Shown: positions 1 to 8,574 of the stretch, piece after piece
Layout: each line of letters starts with the position of its first letter
How positions within the stretch are numbered: the stretch's first letter is position 1
From: Candidatus Poribacteria bacterium
GTDB lineage: Bacteria > Poribacteria > WGA-4E > UBA9662
Direction of reading: 5' to 3'
Length of the DNA: 13,267 nucleotides
Assembly: GCA_046582655.1 (NCBI GenBank)
Contig: JAYGDX010000223.1
Location: 1-13,267 of the forward strand
Translations under genes and position numbers: made by a program
The notes under the pieces: generated by a model
Seen by the model: only the letters and a program-made list of their open reading frames with translations
Database searches by the model: none
What the model was told of the DNA's origin: nothing

Positions 1-1
1 A

Positions 2-175
2 GTGTGGGTTAATGATGGTAATGGCTCCTTCACTGACTCTGGTCAGTCTCATAGAGCATCACAATCCCGTGGCGTGTCACTAGGTGATGTGGATAATGAT
101 GGTGACCTTGATGCTTACATCGCTAGCGGAGGACAAAACAAAGTGTGGATCAATGGAAAAGTAATCGATAGGTAG
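2..175 (+). CDS. 3' end of FG-GAP/VCBS-like repeat protein (5' part outside window)
   Basis: Manual translation of frame +2: VWVNDGNGSFTDSGQSHRASQSRGVSLGDVDNDGDLDAYIASGGQNKVWINGKVIDR*, with the GDVDNDGDLD and VWxNDGxGxF motifs; stop TAG at 173-175. Confidence 0.85.
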   Translation: MWVNDGNGSFTDSGQSHRASQSRGVSLGDVDNDGDLDAYIASGGQNKVWINGKVIDR

Positions 176-227
176 TAGGAAACGGCTAATTGGTGATGAA
201 GCTAAAGATATCTACTGGGAGTGGAAA

Positions 228-3200
228 ATGAAATCAAGGCCATATTATTGGACAGTTAGCATCTGGATCTTAACCCTGTTGGCTGCCATGACCCAGGTTT
301 GGTCAGCCAGCCACACTGGCTATTCCGGCGTGGTTACTATCGATCGGCGTGTCAAACCTACAGTCACCAATCTGGAACCTTCAGCCGGTTCGACTAAGGG
401 GGGAACCAGCGTTACCGTCAAAGGGGATAAGTTCTATACTGGATTGACCATGGTCAAACTGGCCGGGCAGCCGATCAGTCCGGTCAGCGTCAAGTCGGAG
501 ACGGAACTCAGTTTCAAGACTCCGGCCGGCAGTGCCGGTTTGGTGGATTTGGAGGTTTTCAACCCCGACGGCATCTCCGTCAAACTGAGCCAGGCTTTCA
601 AGTATGAAGCGCCGATAGTCAAGACGGTGGAAGTCAAGGCCGCTGCTGACACTTTGGTGGCTAACGGCGTTGCCAGCACCCAGATTACGGTCAGGCTGCT
701 GGATCAGAACGGGGAACTGGTAACCGATGAAACGGTCAACCTGCTGGCTGACCGGGGGACTATTCCGGCCCAGGCGACCAATAACAAGGATGGCACTTAC
801 ACTGCCACTTACAAGTCCGGCCAGACTTTCGGCCAGGCCAACATCACCGCTGTCACCACTACCGGCGGCAAGTTGGGCAAAGTTGAACTGACGCTGACCC
901 AGCGCCAGGCATCAGCGGAGAAATCCACTGTCAGCCTGGATAGGAATTGGGCCATGATTGGCCAAGAAGGCGCTGTCCTGACCGTTAAGGTGGTGGACAA
1001 GCAGGGGCTGGTGATGGAAGGCCAGACAGTGACGGCCAAAGTGGAACCGTCTGACCAGGCAACGGTGGGTAGGGCAAAAACCACCGACAAGCAGGGAGAA
1101 ACCCAACTCAAAATTCAATCGGTCACGGCAGGAGAGCGGAAAGTTACCGTCCAGGTGGGAGAAGTGGTCTTAACTTCCACTGCCAGCCTCAAATTCACTT
1201 CCAACCAGGTGGCCAATGTGCTGATCAGTGCCGGCGGTGTGCGCAAGGTGGGGGAATTGGTAACCGTCAGCCTGACTTTGCAGAACGCGGCGCAACTGCC
1301 GGTTAGCGGCCAGAAAGTGGAAGTGATAGTAGAGCCGGAAGAAGGAGTGACGCTGACTCAGCCTACGAAGGCCAGTGATGTGCAGGGCAAATTGGAAGCC
1401 AAACTGTTTTCCCAGACCGCCGGCTTGAAAATGCTGAAGGTCAAATCAGGCGACACCGTGCTGGAGAACAGCGCGGCCATCATCTTTCAAGCTGGAGCGG
1501 CGGAGAAGGTTAAGATAACGGCCGGTAAAACCTCGCTGATGCCAAGTACAACCACTATCCTGACCGTAACGGTGACTGACCAGTACGACAATGCCTTAAA
1601 AGGGGAGGCCGTCAAGCTGGCATCCACTTTGGGGCAGGTGGGCACAATTACCGATAACGAGGACGGCACCTATGGAGCTATCTTCACCGCTCCGGATCAG
1701 ACAGGGCAGGTGATTGTCACCGCCACAGCAGCGGCAAAAAATGCCAACCTGGGTTTGACCGTCACCGACAAACCGGCCCTGACCCTCCGTCCACAAACGG
1801 CGGAAGTGGAGAAAGACGGCACTCTCCAGTTTGAAGCCTCCCAGCCGGTACTGTGGACGGTCAAGGGAGAGATCGGCACCATTGACAACAAGGGTCTGTT
1901 TACCGCCAGCCAGTTGGGCACCGGCAGTATTACGGCCTTTCTCCTCTCTGACCCGGCGGTGAAACTGAGTACTGGGACCATCACGGTGGTGGAAGCCAAG
2001 CCGCCACTGACGGCACTGGTATTTGATTTGCCCAACCAGGCGGAATTCGATGCTGAACTGGATGTTAAGGGGCAATTGATTGTGGTCAACCAGCCGGACC
2101 AGCCGGCGGGCGATCAAGCCATCGTGGTGACTTTTACGTCACCTGCAGGTAAGGAGTTGAAATTTGCCGCGCGCACAGATAAGGAAGGGCGGTATGTTCT
2201 GGATACGGTGGTGCGTTTTAACCAGGTGGGTATTTGGAAGCTGGGACTGAGTTTTGCCGGCTCCACCCAGTTTGCCTCCACCCAGCGGCAGCATGCCATC
2301 AGCGTGTCTAAAGCCGCTTCTGATATTACCTTTCTGAGTGCGGAAAGTGCTGAATTGGGACAGGACTACCAGCTGGTGGGTGTGCTGAAGCCTGCTATAC
2401 CAGCAGTGGAGTTGAGCCTGCAGGTTCTGGCCCCCGATTCCCAATTGATAGAGAAGACCTTGCTGGCTGATGCCGGAGGTGGGTTCAAAAGCAACTTCAA
2501 GCTGAATTTGGAAGGCCATTGGTCGGCCACCCTGAATTGGGCTGGCAGTTCGACCTATCAGCCGGTGACGCGAACCTTTCAATTGAATGTGGTCCAGCGT
2601 TTCGGCAAGGTGATCGTGGCCCTGGGCGGGATAGGCCCGTCGGAAGTGCATGCCTGGCCCAAGTTCAACACGGTGGCGGAATCGGTCTATCGAGTCTTTG
2701 TCCAGCGTAATTTCCAGGCGGAAAAAGACATCTATTTCCTGTCACCCGATCCCAATAAGACCAAGGGAGCGCAAGCGCAAACCACGCTGAAGACGCTGGA
2801 GTATGCCATCACCAGCTGGGCGGCCAAAGAGGTCAACAGCAACGTGCCTCTCTATATCTATCTGTTGTCGCACAATCTTGGCGACAAGTTCCTGGTGGAA
2901 CGGCGTGGCTTGCAGGATGACTACCTGACGCCGGAACAATTGGACCTGTGGCTGGATAAGCTGCCGCCTGAAACGCCGGTCACCTTGATTATAGAAGCCT
3001 GTTACAGTGGCTCCTTCATCAATTCCCGCCTCTCGGCACCTAATCGTACCATCATCACCAGCGCCAGCCGGGATAAGCAGGCCCTGATCATGCGGACCTC
3101 TTCGTTTTCTCGTTTCTTCTTTGACCGTATCCGCGCTAACCAGACCATTAGGGCCGCCTTTAGCCAGACAGAGGAGCGGATGAAAAAGATGCGTGCCCAC

Positions 3201-4289
3201 CATAGCCAATCGCCACAAATAGATGCTAACGGTAACGGTGTTGCCAATGAACTGTTAGACTTGCAGGCACTGGGAGATCGACGGATTCCGGCCGATATTT
3301 CCAGTCTCTCGCTGCCGCCGGCCTTCGGCAGCCAAGCCCAGGCAGTGAACTTGAAGCCGGGTATATCCAGCCACACTTTCCAGGTGGAGGTGGTAGGTAC
3401 CGAGGTGGAACGTGTCTTTGCTGAAATCATCCAGCCCGGTTTCGATCCTGACCGTCTGTTCCAGAATTGGCAGGAGGTTGATCAGCAGATTCAGGCGGTG
3501 GATTTGCAGTTGGCAGCCGATCAAGAAGGCACTCCCAAGTATCAACTGCGGTATGACAAGTTCATTCAGCCGGGAGAATATACCCTTATCTTCCAGGCCA
3601 GTAATGCCGATGGCAATGCCGAACCGATCCAGACCACGGTCATGGTGTCAGAAGGCGGTCAATTGGCAGGAGATGTTAATGGCGACAATTCAGTTAATAT
3701 CTTTGATTTGGTAATGGTAGCAGGACAATTTGGCAAGAGTGGTGCTGGTTTATCAGGGGATGTCAACGATGACGGCTCAGTCAACATCTTCGACCTGGTG
3801 CAGGTGGCCGGTAACTTTGGCAAGAGTGGCTTGGCTGCCGCTCCATCCCTTCTGGTGGAAGAACTGACTTTCACTACCCAACAGAAGCGAGATATCCAAT
3901 CGGCCATAGTGGAATTGAAGGAAATGCCAATCAGGTCGGAAGTGGAAGAACTGGCGTTCAACCTGTTGAAAACTATCCTACCTGAAAGATTGCCGGCCCA
4001 GACGCAATTGCTGCAGAACTATCCCAACCCCTTTAATCCTGAAACCTGGATTCCCTTTGAACTCGGCTGTGATGGAGAAGTCTCAATAACCATTTATGAC
4101 GCGGTAGGGAATCCGGTCAGAACCTTATCGGCGGGTCACCTGTCAGCCGGCGGTTATGTAGGCCAGTCAACTGCCGTCTACTGGGACGGTAAGACCGATG
4201 GTGGAGAACCGGTAGCCAGCGGCACTTATTTCTACACTTTGAGGATTGGTTCCGAGATGGATACCCGGAAGCTGATAATTCTGAAGTGA
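228..4289 (+). CDS. Large secreted multidomain protein: signal peptide, IPT/TIG domain, about 4 invasin-type Big_1 Ig domains, further Ig-like domains, C13/clan CD-like cysteine peptidase, dockerin-like repeat, FlgD-like C-terminal domain
   Basis: 1353-aa ORF; RBS GGAG at 218-221; hydrophobic N-terminus; IPT motif PTVTNLEPSAGSTKGGTSVTVKG; invasin motifs LVANGVASTQITVRLLDQNG, NNKDGTYTATY, DNEDGTYGAIF; YIYLLSH(882) and IIEAC(925)YSGSF; two GDVNxDxSVNIFDLV repeats; LLQNYPNPFNPETWIPF...WDGKTDGGEPVASGTYFY. Confidence 0.92.
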   Translation: MKSRPYYWTVSIWILTLLAAMTQVWSASHTGYSGVVTIDRRVKPTVTNLEPSAGSTKGGTSVTVKGDKFYTGLTMVKLAGQPISPVSVKSETELSFKTPAGSAGLVDLEVFNPDGISVKLSQAFKYEAPIVKTVEVKAAADTLVANGVASTQITVRLLDQNGELVTDETVNLLADRGTIPAQATNNKDGTYTATYKSGQTFGQANITAVTTTGGKLGKVELTLTQRQASAEKSTVSLDRNWAMIGQEGAVLTVKVVDKQGLVMEGQTVTAKVEPSDQATVGRAKTTDKQGETQLKIQSVTAGERKVTVQVGEVVLTSTASLKFTSNQVANVLISAGGVRKVGELVTVSLTLQNAAQLPVSGQKVEVIVEPEEGVTLTQPTKASDVQGKLEAKLFSQTAGLKMLKVKSGDTVLENSAAIIFQAGAAEKVKITAGKTSLMPSTTTILTVTVTDQYDNALKGEAVKLASTLGQVGTITDNEDGTYGAIFTAPDQTGQVIVTATAAAKNANLGLTVTDKPALTLRPQTAEVEKDGTLQFEASQPVLWTVKGEIGTIDNKGLFTASQLGTGSITAFLLSDPAVKLSTGTITVVEAKPPLTALVFDLPNQAEFDAELDVKGQLIVVNQPDQPAGDQAIVVTFTSPAGKELKFAARTDKEGRYVLDTVVRFNQVGIWKLGLSFAGSTQFASTQRQHAISVSKAASDITFLSAESAELGQDYQLVGVLKPAIPAVELSLQVLAPDSQLIEKTLLADAGGGFKSNFKLNLEGHWSATLNWAGSSTYQPVTRTFQLNVVQRFGKVIVALGGIGPSEVHAWPKFNTVAESVYRVFVQRNFQAEKDIYFLSPDPNKTKGAQAQTTLKTLEYAITSWAAKEVNSNVPLYIYLLSHNLGDKFLVERRGLQDDYLTPEQLDLWLDKLPPETPVTLIIEACYSGSFINSRLSAPNRTIITSASRDKQALIMRTSSFSRFFFDRIRANQTIRAAFSQTEERMKKMRAHHSQSPQIDANGNGVANELLDLQALGDRRIPADISSLSLPPAFGSQAQAVNLKPGISSHTFQVEVVGTEVERVFAEIIQPGFDPDRLFQNWQEVDQQIQAVDLQLAADQEGTPKYQLRYDKFIQPGEYTLIFQASNADGNAEPIQTTVMVSEGGQLAGDVNGDNSVNIFDLVMVAGQFGKSGAGLSGDVNDDGSVNIFDLVQVAGNFGKSGLAAAPSLLVEELTFTTQQKRDIQSAIVELKEMPIRSEVEELAFNLLKTILPERLPAQTQLLQNYPNPFNPETWIPFELGCDGEVSITIYDAVGNPVRTLSAGHLSAGGYVGQSTAVYWDGKTDGGEPVASGTYFYTLRIGSEMDTRKLIILK

Positions 4290-4501
4290 GATGCCGAATG
4301 TCAGCAATTAAGTATCTTAGGCGTCTAGTTTCCTCATGGTATGCACATGTATATAAACTCACTTCTTCATCGGAAAGCGTATCATCTGTCATCGCCCTTG
4401 GGGAAACTCGCAGCTAGATGGGGAGAGATCAAATCCTTTAAGTAACTATATATGCATTGTTGCTTATGTTCTGTTTTTTTACTGGAACCCTACATCCAGT
4501 C

Positions 4502-4529
4502 TTTGGGTATCAAATATTTGATATCCAAA
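4502..4529. repeat. Inverted repeat with perfect 16-bp palindromic core TATCAAATATTTGATA
   Basis: 4508-4523 is self-complementary; flanks TTTGG (4502-4506) and CCAAA (4525-4529) also pair. Function unknown. Confidence 0.6.
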
Positions 4530-4547
4530 TCCAATAATTTATGCCTT

Positions 4548-4574
4548 TGTACTTTAGTTTTTAACTTAAATATA
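4548..4574 (-). repeat. Palindromic site copy 1 (putative recombination site), conserved arm on the right
   Basis: TGTACTTTAGTTTTTAACTTAAATATA (27 bp); its reverse complement begins TATATTTAAGTT, one mismatch to TGTATTTAAGTT; shares TTTTTAACTTAAATA with copy 3. Confidence 0.7.
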
Positions 4575-4596
4575 ATAAACCAACTTGAGCTACAAT

Positions 4597-4628
4597 GGTT
4601 ACATGACGGTGGTTTTCTGAGGGCTTTT
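4597..4628 (-). repeat. Dispersed 32-bp repeat, copy A (inverted relative to 10763-10794)
   Basis: Reverse complement AAAAGCCCTCAGAAAACCACCGTCATGTAACC vs GAAATCCCTTGAAAAATCACCGTCATGCAACC: 25/32 identical, ungapped (manual count). Confidence 0.55.
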
Positions 4629-4723
4629 TCGTGGAAATTCTGAGGGAATGTTGAGGGGGATTCTGTGGCAGAAACACAACAATAATTGCTTGTTGCATCG
4701 TTACTCAATCTCCTAAGAGTTAA

Positions 4724-5053
4724 TTAAGTTGCGTCTTCTGAGTCCAGCCAAGTTCGCATGAGCTCGACAACAATCTCGGGGTTGCTCTGGACGGAATTAG
4801 TAATTTCACGTTGGAGCCGTGCAATCTCTAGTTCCTCTGACCCTTCCATCGCACCGCCATCCTCTCCATCACCAAGGATACCAGCGGCATCTGTTCCAAT
4901 TCCAGCTAGAGCGCCATCACTCAATTCATCATCCTCAAGAGATGGCTCGCCTGAGATGGCAGCTACGCCACCGCCAACCCTTGCCTGCGCTTGCGGCGCA
5001 TCCGCGGCGCCTAAACCTTTGAAGAATGACCTCATCAACAGCAGCAACCACAA
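4724..5053 (-). pseudogene. fliF: C-terminal fragment of flagellar MS-ring protein FliF
   Basis: End of a TM helix (LLLLMRSFFKGL), acidic Gly-rich linker, then LQREITNSVQSNPEIVVELMRTWL, matching the FliF C-terminal NPExVAxLIRxWL motif. In-frame stop just upstream; hydrophobic YLFVLIV lies upstream in another frame; ring domains absent. Confidence 0.65.
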
Positions 5054-5523
5054 TCAGGACGAAAAGATATTCCAATTGGTGCTCAATCATGATAGCTTTC
5101 TGTATTTCCTCTAATAGAATTATTCGACTACTGTGTGCTAATTAGGATACTCAGAATATAATAACACCTTATCAAAACTACAATACTTAATTTTTCTTTT
5201 TGCACAAATTAATCACTTTTACCCATGTAATCTCTAGGGTGCTTGAATGGTATACGTTTTCTAGCACAAATCCCGTACGGGGTATGTGCCAAGATTGGAT
5301 AACTTTGTTATCATAATACATCAAGTGGTTCGGATTCGGTGCAGGCCAAGGAATAATAGTGCCCCTTAGACTATCGTGATACTATACACGAGTTATCTAT
5401 TGCACCGGTATCAGTAAGTAGCTGTTTTGGTTTTATAATCCTAAAACTCTGGAATCAACCTCGTAGTTTGAAAAATACTTGAGAGGTAATAGGGCTATTG
5501 ATTTCACATTTACGATACTACCC

Positions 5524-6675
5524 TCAAGTCGTGTTGTCCCCAATATAATCCCAATTGATCTTATACCCCATCCCTGGCTCTTGAGGCAAATGCACATATC
5601 CTTCGACATCTAATGGATCGCCGATTTCTTCTAAATAAGGCGGCGGGGTATTACAATCCATGCCGGGAGCTACCAAACCTCGCTCGTAATATTCACACGT
5701 GTCTTCGCTTGTCGCCCCCAGGATCTGCAAATTGGCAAACCCACTCATATGAATCTCACACTTCACTCCATAGGCTTCACATACCGCTGCCATTTTTTTA
5801 CAGCCTGTAATGCCACCACGTAACACATCAATCCGACTCATGTCCGAGGCCCCACGTAAAATCCAATCAGCACGGGTAAAGAAACTACCCGCTGCAACTT
5901 CCGGTGACAAAATTGGGATCTCCAACTCGGCACAAAGCTTCTCATAAGAAGACACCCGATACTCGGGCATCGGATGTTCATACCAGTAAAAATTTAACTC
6001 CTGAAGTACACGACCCACCTTGATCGCTTCTTCATAAGTGCAATACGTACCCCAGGGATCAAAACTCAGTACCATATCATTTCCAACTCGCTGGCGGACT
6101 GCCCGGCACACTTCAATATCCTGCTCAACATGCGAAGGTCGTCCCGGATCTGATTCCTTTTTGATGGGATCCCAAAAATAATAGGGATGAATCTTGTAGT
6201 GAGTATAGCCTTCCGCTTTGCAGGCGGCGGCGTGTTCCGCGTAATCCTCCACCGAACCCATATTGGGAAAGGTGCTTGCATATGCCTTCACTTTATCTCG
6301 GCAACCGCCCAGAAGTTTATAGACTGGTACCCTAAACGTCCGCGCCTGCAAATCCCACAACGCCATATCCAACACGCTCAGCAAATTCTCATCTACTTTA
6401 GCCACCCACAACCAGTGCCAGAACTTTTCCCGATCAAAGGGGTCGTGCCCCAACACCAGGTTTTTAATTCGGCCTTGCATAGCCCCGATCTGCTCAGCAG
6501 ACATACCATCCATGTCGCCATGCCCTCGGCCACCAAAATAATATCCTTCAGCACCCTGGTCGGTGACGATCTTGGTCACCGTCTGTGTAACCATTGTTTC
6601 AGGCAAAATCTCACCATGATGAAATCCTCGTCGGGGAACTTGAAATGGTATCACCTGCAAATCTACAATCTTCAT
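5524..6675 (-). CDS. Mandelate racemase/muconate lactonizing enzyme (enolase superfamily) protein, possible acid-sugar dehydratase
   Basis: DMALWDL...PVYKLLGG, YKIH, candidate metal ligands in FDPWG, WYEHP and SPEV, plus CEIH and YYERG. Start moved to ATG 6675 (MKIVDL) because GGAGG (6681-6685 on the minus strand) lies 5 nt upstream; 383 aa. Confidence 0.92.
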   Translation of the reverse strand: MKIVDLQVIPFQVPRRGFHHGEILPETMVTQTVTKIVTDQGAEGYYFGGRGHGDMDGMSAEQIGAMQGRIKNLVLGHDPFDREKFWHWLWVAKVDENLLSVLDMALWDLQARTFRVPVYKLLGGCRDKVKAYASTFPNMGSVEDYAEHAAACKAEGYTHYKIHPYYFWDPIKKESDPGRPSHVEQDIEVCRAVRQRVGNDMVLSFDPWGTYCTYEEAIKVGRVLQELNFYWYEHPMPEYRVSSYEKLCAELEIPILSPEVAAGSFFTRADWILRGASDMSRIDVLRGGITGCKKMAAVCEAYGVKCEIHMSGFANLQILGATSEDTCEYYERGLVAPGMDCNTPPPYLEEIGDPLDVEGYVHLPQEPGMGYKINWDYIGDNTT

Positions 6676-7007
6676 TTTGACCTCCAAAGTCAACATGTTA
6701 GTCACAAGAGGAACCTACACCCCAGGAGATTCATTCTCCACCGGGATCAAGCGTCGTGTGGCTAGCCGTTACCCTACGGCAATGGACTGCCCGAGACTGA
6801 TTTTAAAAATCACCCATCTGGCTGGAAAAAATTGATGTCTGTTGATTGGTAAAAACAATCACCTTCTACCAACCCCAGCCAATCTGTGTATGCCATCTAA
6901 CCACTAAGGGAAAAAGTGACCACTCCTCGCCCTGTCTATTGTATAATCCAGACAGCAACCCACCGTCTAGAGGAGATTATCTTTGGACAGTACACCACGT
7001 CGCAGGC

Positions 7008-7943
7008 TTAGGCCAACCGTCGAGAGATGAGCAGATCGGCCTCAGCCAAATGTTGCCATACATTCTTCATAATCCAGTCGGGAACTGGCGCGATATCCAT
7101 GCGACAGTAGGCGGTTTGCAAGATGCCGGCACGCTGAAGGATTGCCTTATGTATCCATATTGACCTGTTGCCACCCCCCCCAGCTGCTGCCGCCCGGAGC
7201 AATGGAATGATACACTGTAGATAGATTTCCTGTCCACCCGTCGTATTCCCTGTTCGGAAGCAATCACATACCATTTGGTAGGCATCGATAATCGCCGGAA
7301 AGGGAATGGTTCCGACAGAGCCCCGGTTGAGTTCTTCGGGCAAATGGTTTCCATTGGCGCCACCGAGTACGGTTATCTGGCGTCCCACCGCTGTCAATTT
7401 GCGTGCTTGCAATTCCGCCACAACCTGTCCAATCTTGTCAGGCGCGTCCGAAGATTCGATTTTGAGAGCAACAACTCGCCCCGCTTGTTGAGTCGCCTGC
7501 ACCAGTACGCCCGCTGACGCATTTTGACCGACATCCTGAATCATCAGCGGCAGCGCCACGCGCTGAGACAGATCGTCAAACAGCCGAACCAACTTTTCCC
7601 GCTGAAACGGTTGAGGATTAACCATTGCACAATCCACACCACACTCGCTTGCAAGGTGAGTCAATGCAATCGTACCTTCACGGCTGGCATGGGAGGTTGC
7701 TGCAACCAGCGGACGCTGTCCGTCTATGTGTTTAGCGGCCAAGGTCCATACCTGTATTCGCTCGGCATCGGTCAGCATATCGCTCTCACTGCCTATCCCA
7801 AATGCGATTCCTTTAGCCCCAGCCGCTATACAAAAGTCAATCTGGTGGTGCAAGCTAACCTCATCAATAATTCCATCGCTGTCAAACGGCATCACCAGTA
7901 CAGGCACCGCACCACTGATAGTTTCTAGTTTTTCTTTGTTCAT
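7008..7943 (-). CDS. Dihydrodipicolinate synthase/N-acetylneuraminate lyase family protein (class I aldolase/dehydratase)
   Basis: GAVPVLVMPFDSDGIIDE N-terminus, GIGSE...LTDAER, LMIQD, Schiff-base Lys in ALKIES; RBS AAGGAG upstream. Lacks GTTGE, so probably not true DapA. Confidence 0.88.
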   Translation of the reverse strand: MNKEKLETISGAVPVLVMPFDSDGIIDEVSLHHQIDFCIAAGAKGIAFGIGSESDMLTDAERIQVWTLAAKHIDGQRPLVAATSHASREGTIALTHLASECGVDCAMVNPQPFQREKLVRLFDDLSQRVALPLMIQDVGQNASAGVLVQATQQAGRVVALKIESSDAPDKIGQVVAELQARKLTAVGRQITVLGGANGNHLPEELNRGSVGTIPFPAIIDAYQMVCDCFRTGNTTGGQEIYLQCIIPLLRAAAAGGGGNRSIWIHKAILQRAGILQTAYCRMDIAPVPDWIMKNVWQHLAEADLLISRRLA

Positions 7944-8036
7944 CGATTTTTCTCCTTAGTCGACATTATTTCCTGTGTGGATTTGCCTGCGATCCTCTGC
8001 GCAAGTTGTCCATCATCCTAGGGATACACACCAACA

Positions 8037-8288
8037 TTACAGGTTCTGATTAGCTGCATGATCAATCTCTAAAGTACAGATTTCCGAGGTGACAGAATCA
8101 GGGCTAATAATAAATAAGAAGGAGTCAGTGGCTTCAATGCCATTATAGATCTCGGTTAACCAATCGGCGGTTGCTGAAAAATCCTGCCAATTGGCCCATG
8201 GATCACGGTTACGGTCCTTCAGTTGATCGAATAAATGACGAACGAAGTCGATGTGCCAGCGGGAGCAGGAGATGAAGACATTTGACAT
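8037..8288 (-). pseudogene. Truncated bacterial TIR (TIR_2-like) domain
   Basis: VFISCSR..DFV, W..W.D...ADW..EI..GIE..D.FLFIISPDSV.SE.C..EI; stops at 83 aa before the expected final IPI strand; substitutions such as ISY to ISC suggest decay. Confidence 0.8.
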
Positions 8289-8491
8289 GGGAAGTAGACC
8301 TAATTGTTGACATCGCCATTATATAGCAATGTAAATTACAGGTCAATTGGGAAAGATTTACAGAATAAGTTAGGGAGGAGGAAAAAAGGTACCAACTAGT
8401 GGGTTTAGTCGGCACCCCCTGATTACTACGTACGGGATTAAAGCTGGAAGACACCAAGTATTAAAGTAGGAAATATTTATAATCTAGCAAT

Positions 8492-8517
8492 TGTATTTAA
8501 GTTATAATTTAAGTATA
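8492..8517 (+). repeat. Palindromic site copy 2 (putative recombination site), conserved arm on the left
   Basis: TGTATTTAAGTTATAATTTAAGTATA (26 bp), exact conserved arm. It overlaps promoter-like TTGTAT-N17-TATAAG and a TATAAT. Confidence 0.72.
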
Positions 8518-8574
8518 AGGGAGTGTGATCAGGCTTCCTTCAACCTCAAATATTTCTTCATCTTGTGAGTCTTT

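Noticed and set aside
434..3961. Many antisense and alternate-frame ORFs within the large gene (likewise within the enolase, DHDPS and isomerase genes)
   Set aside because: They overlap well-supported CDSs and show no motifs; these are shadow ORFs.
7944..8020. Possible 3' remnant of a gene overlapping the DHDPS start (ATGA)
   Set aside because: All three frames are short and none is identifiable.
8429..8439. 11-bp inverted match CGTACGGGATT to the 5270 hairpin
   Set aside because: A single 11-mer pair is expected by chance in 13 kb.
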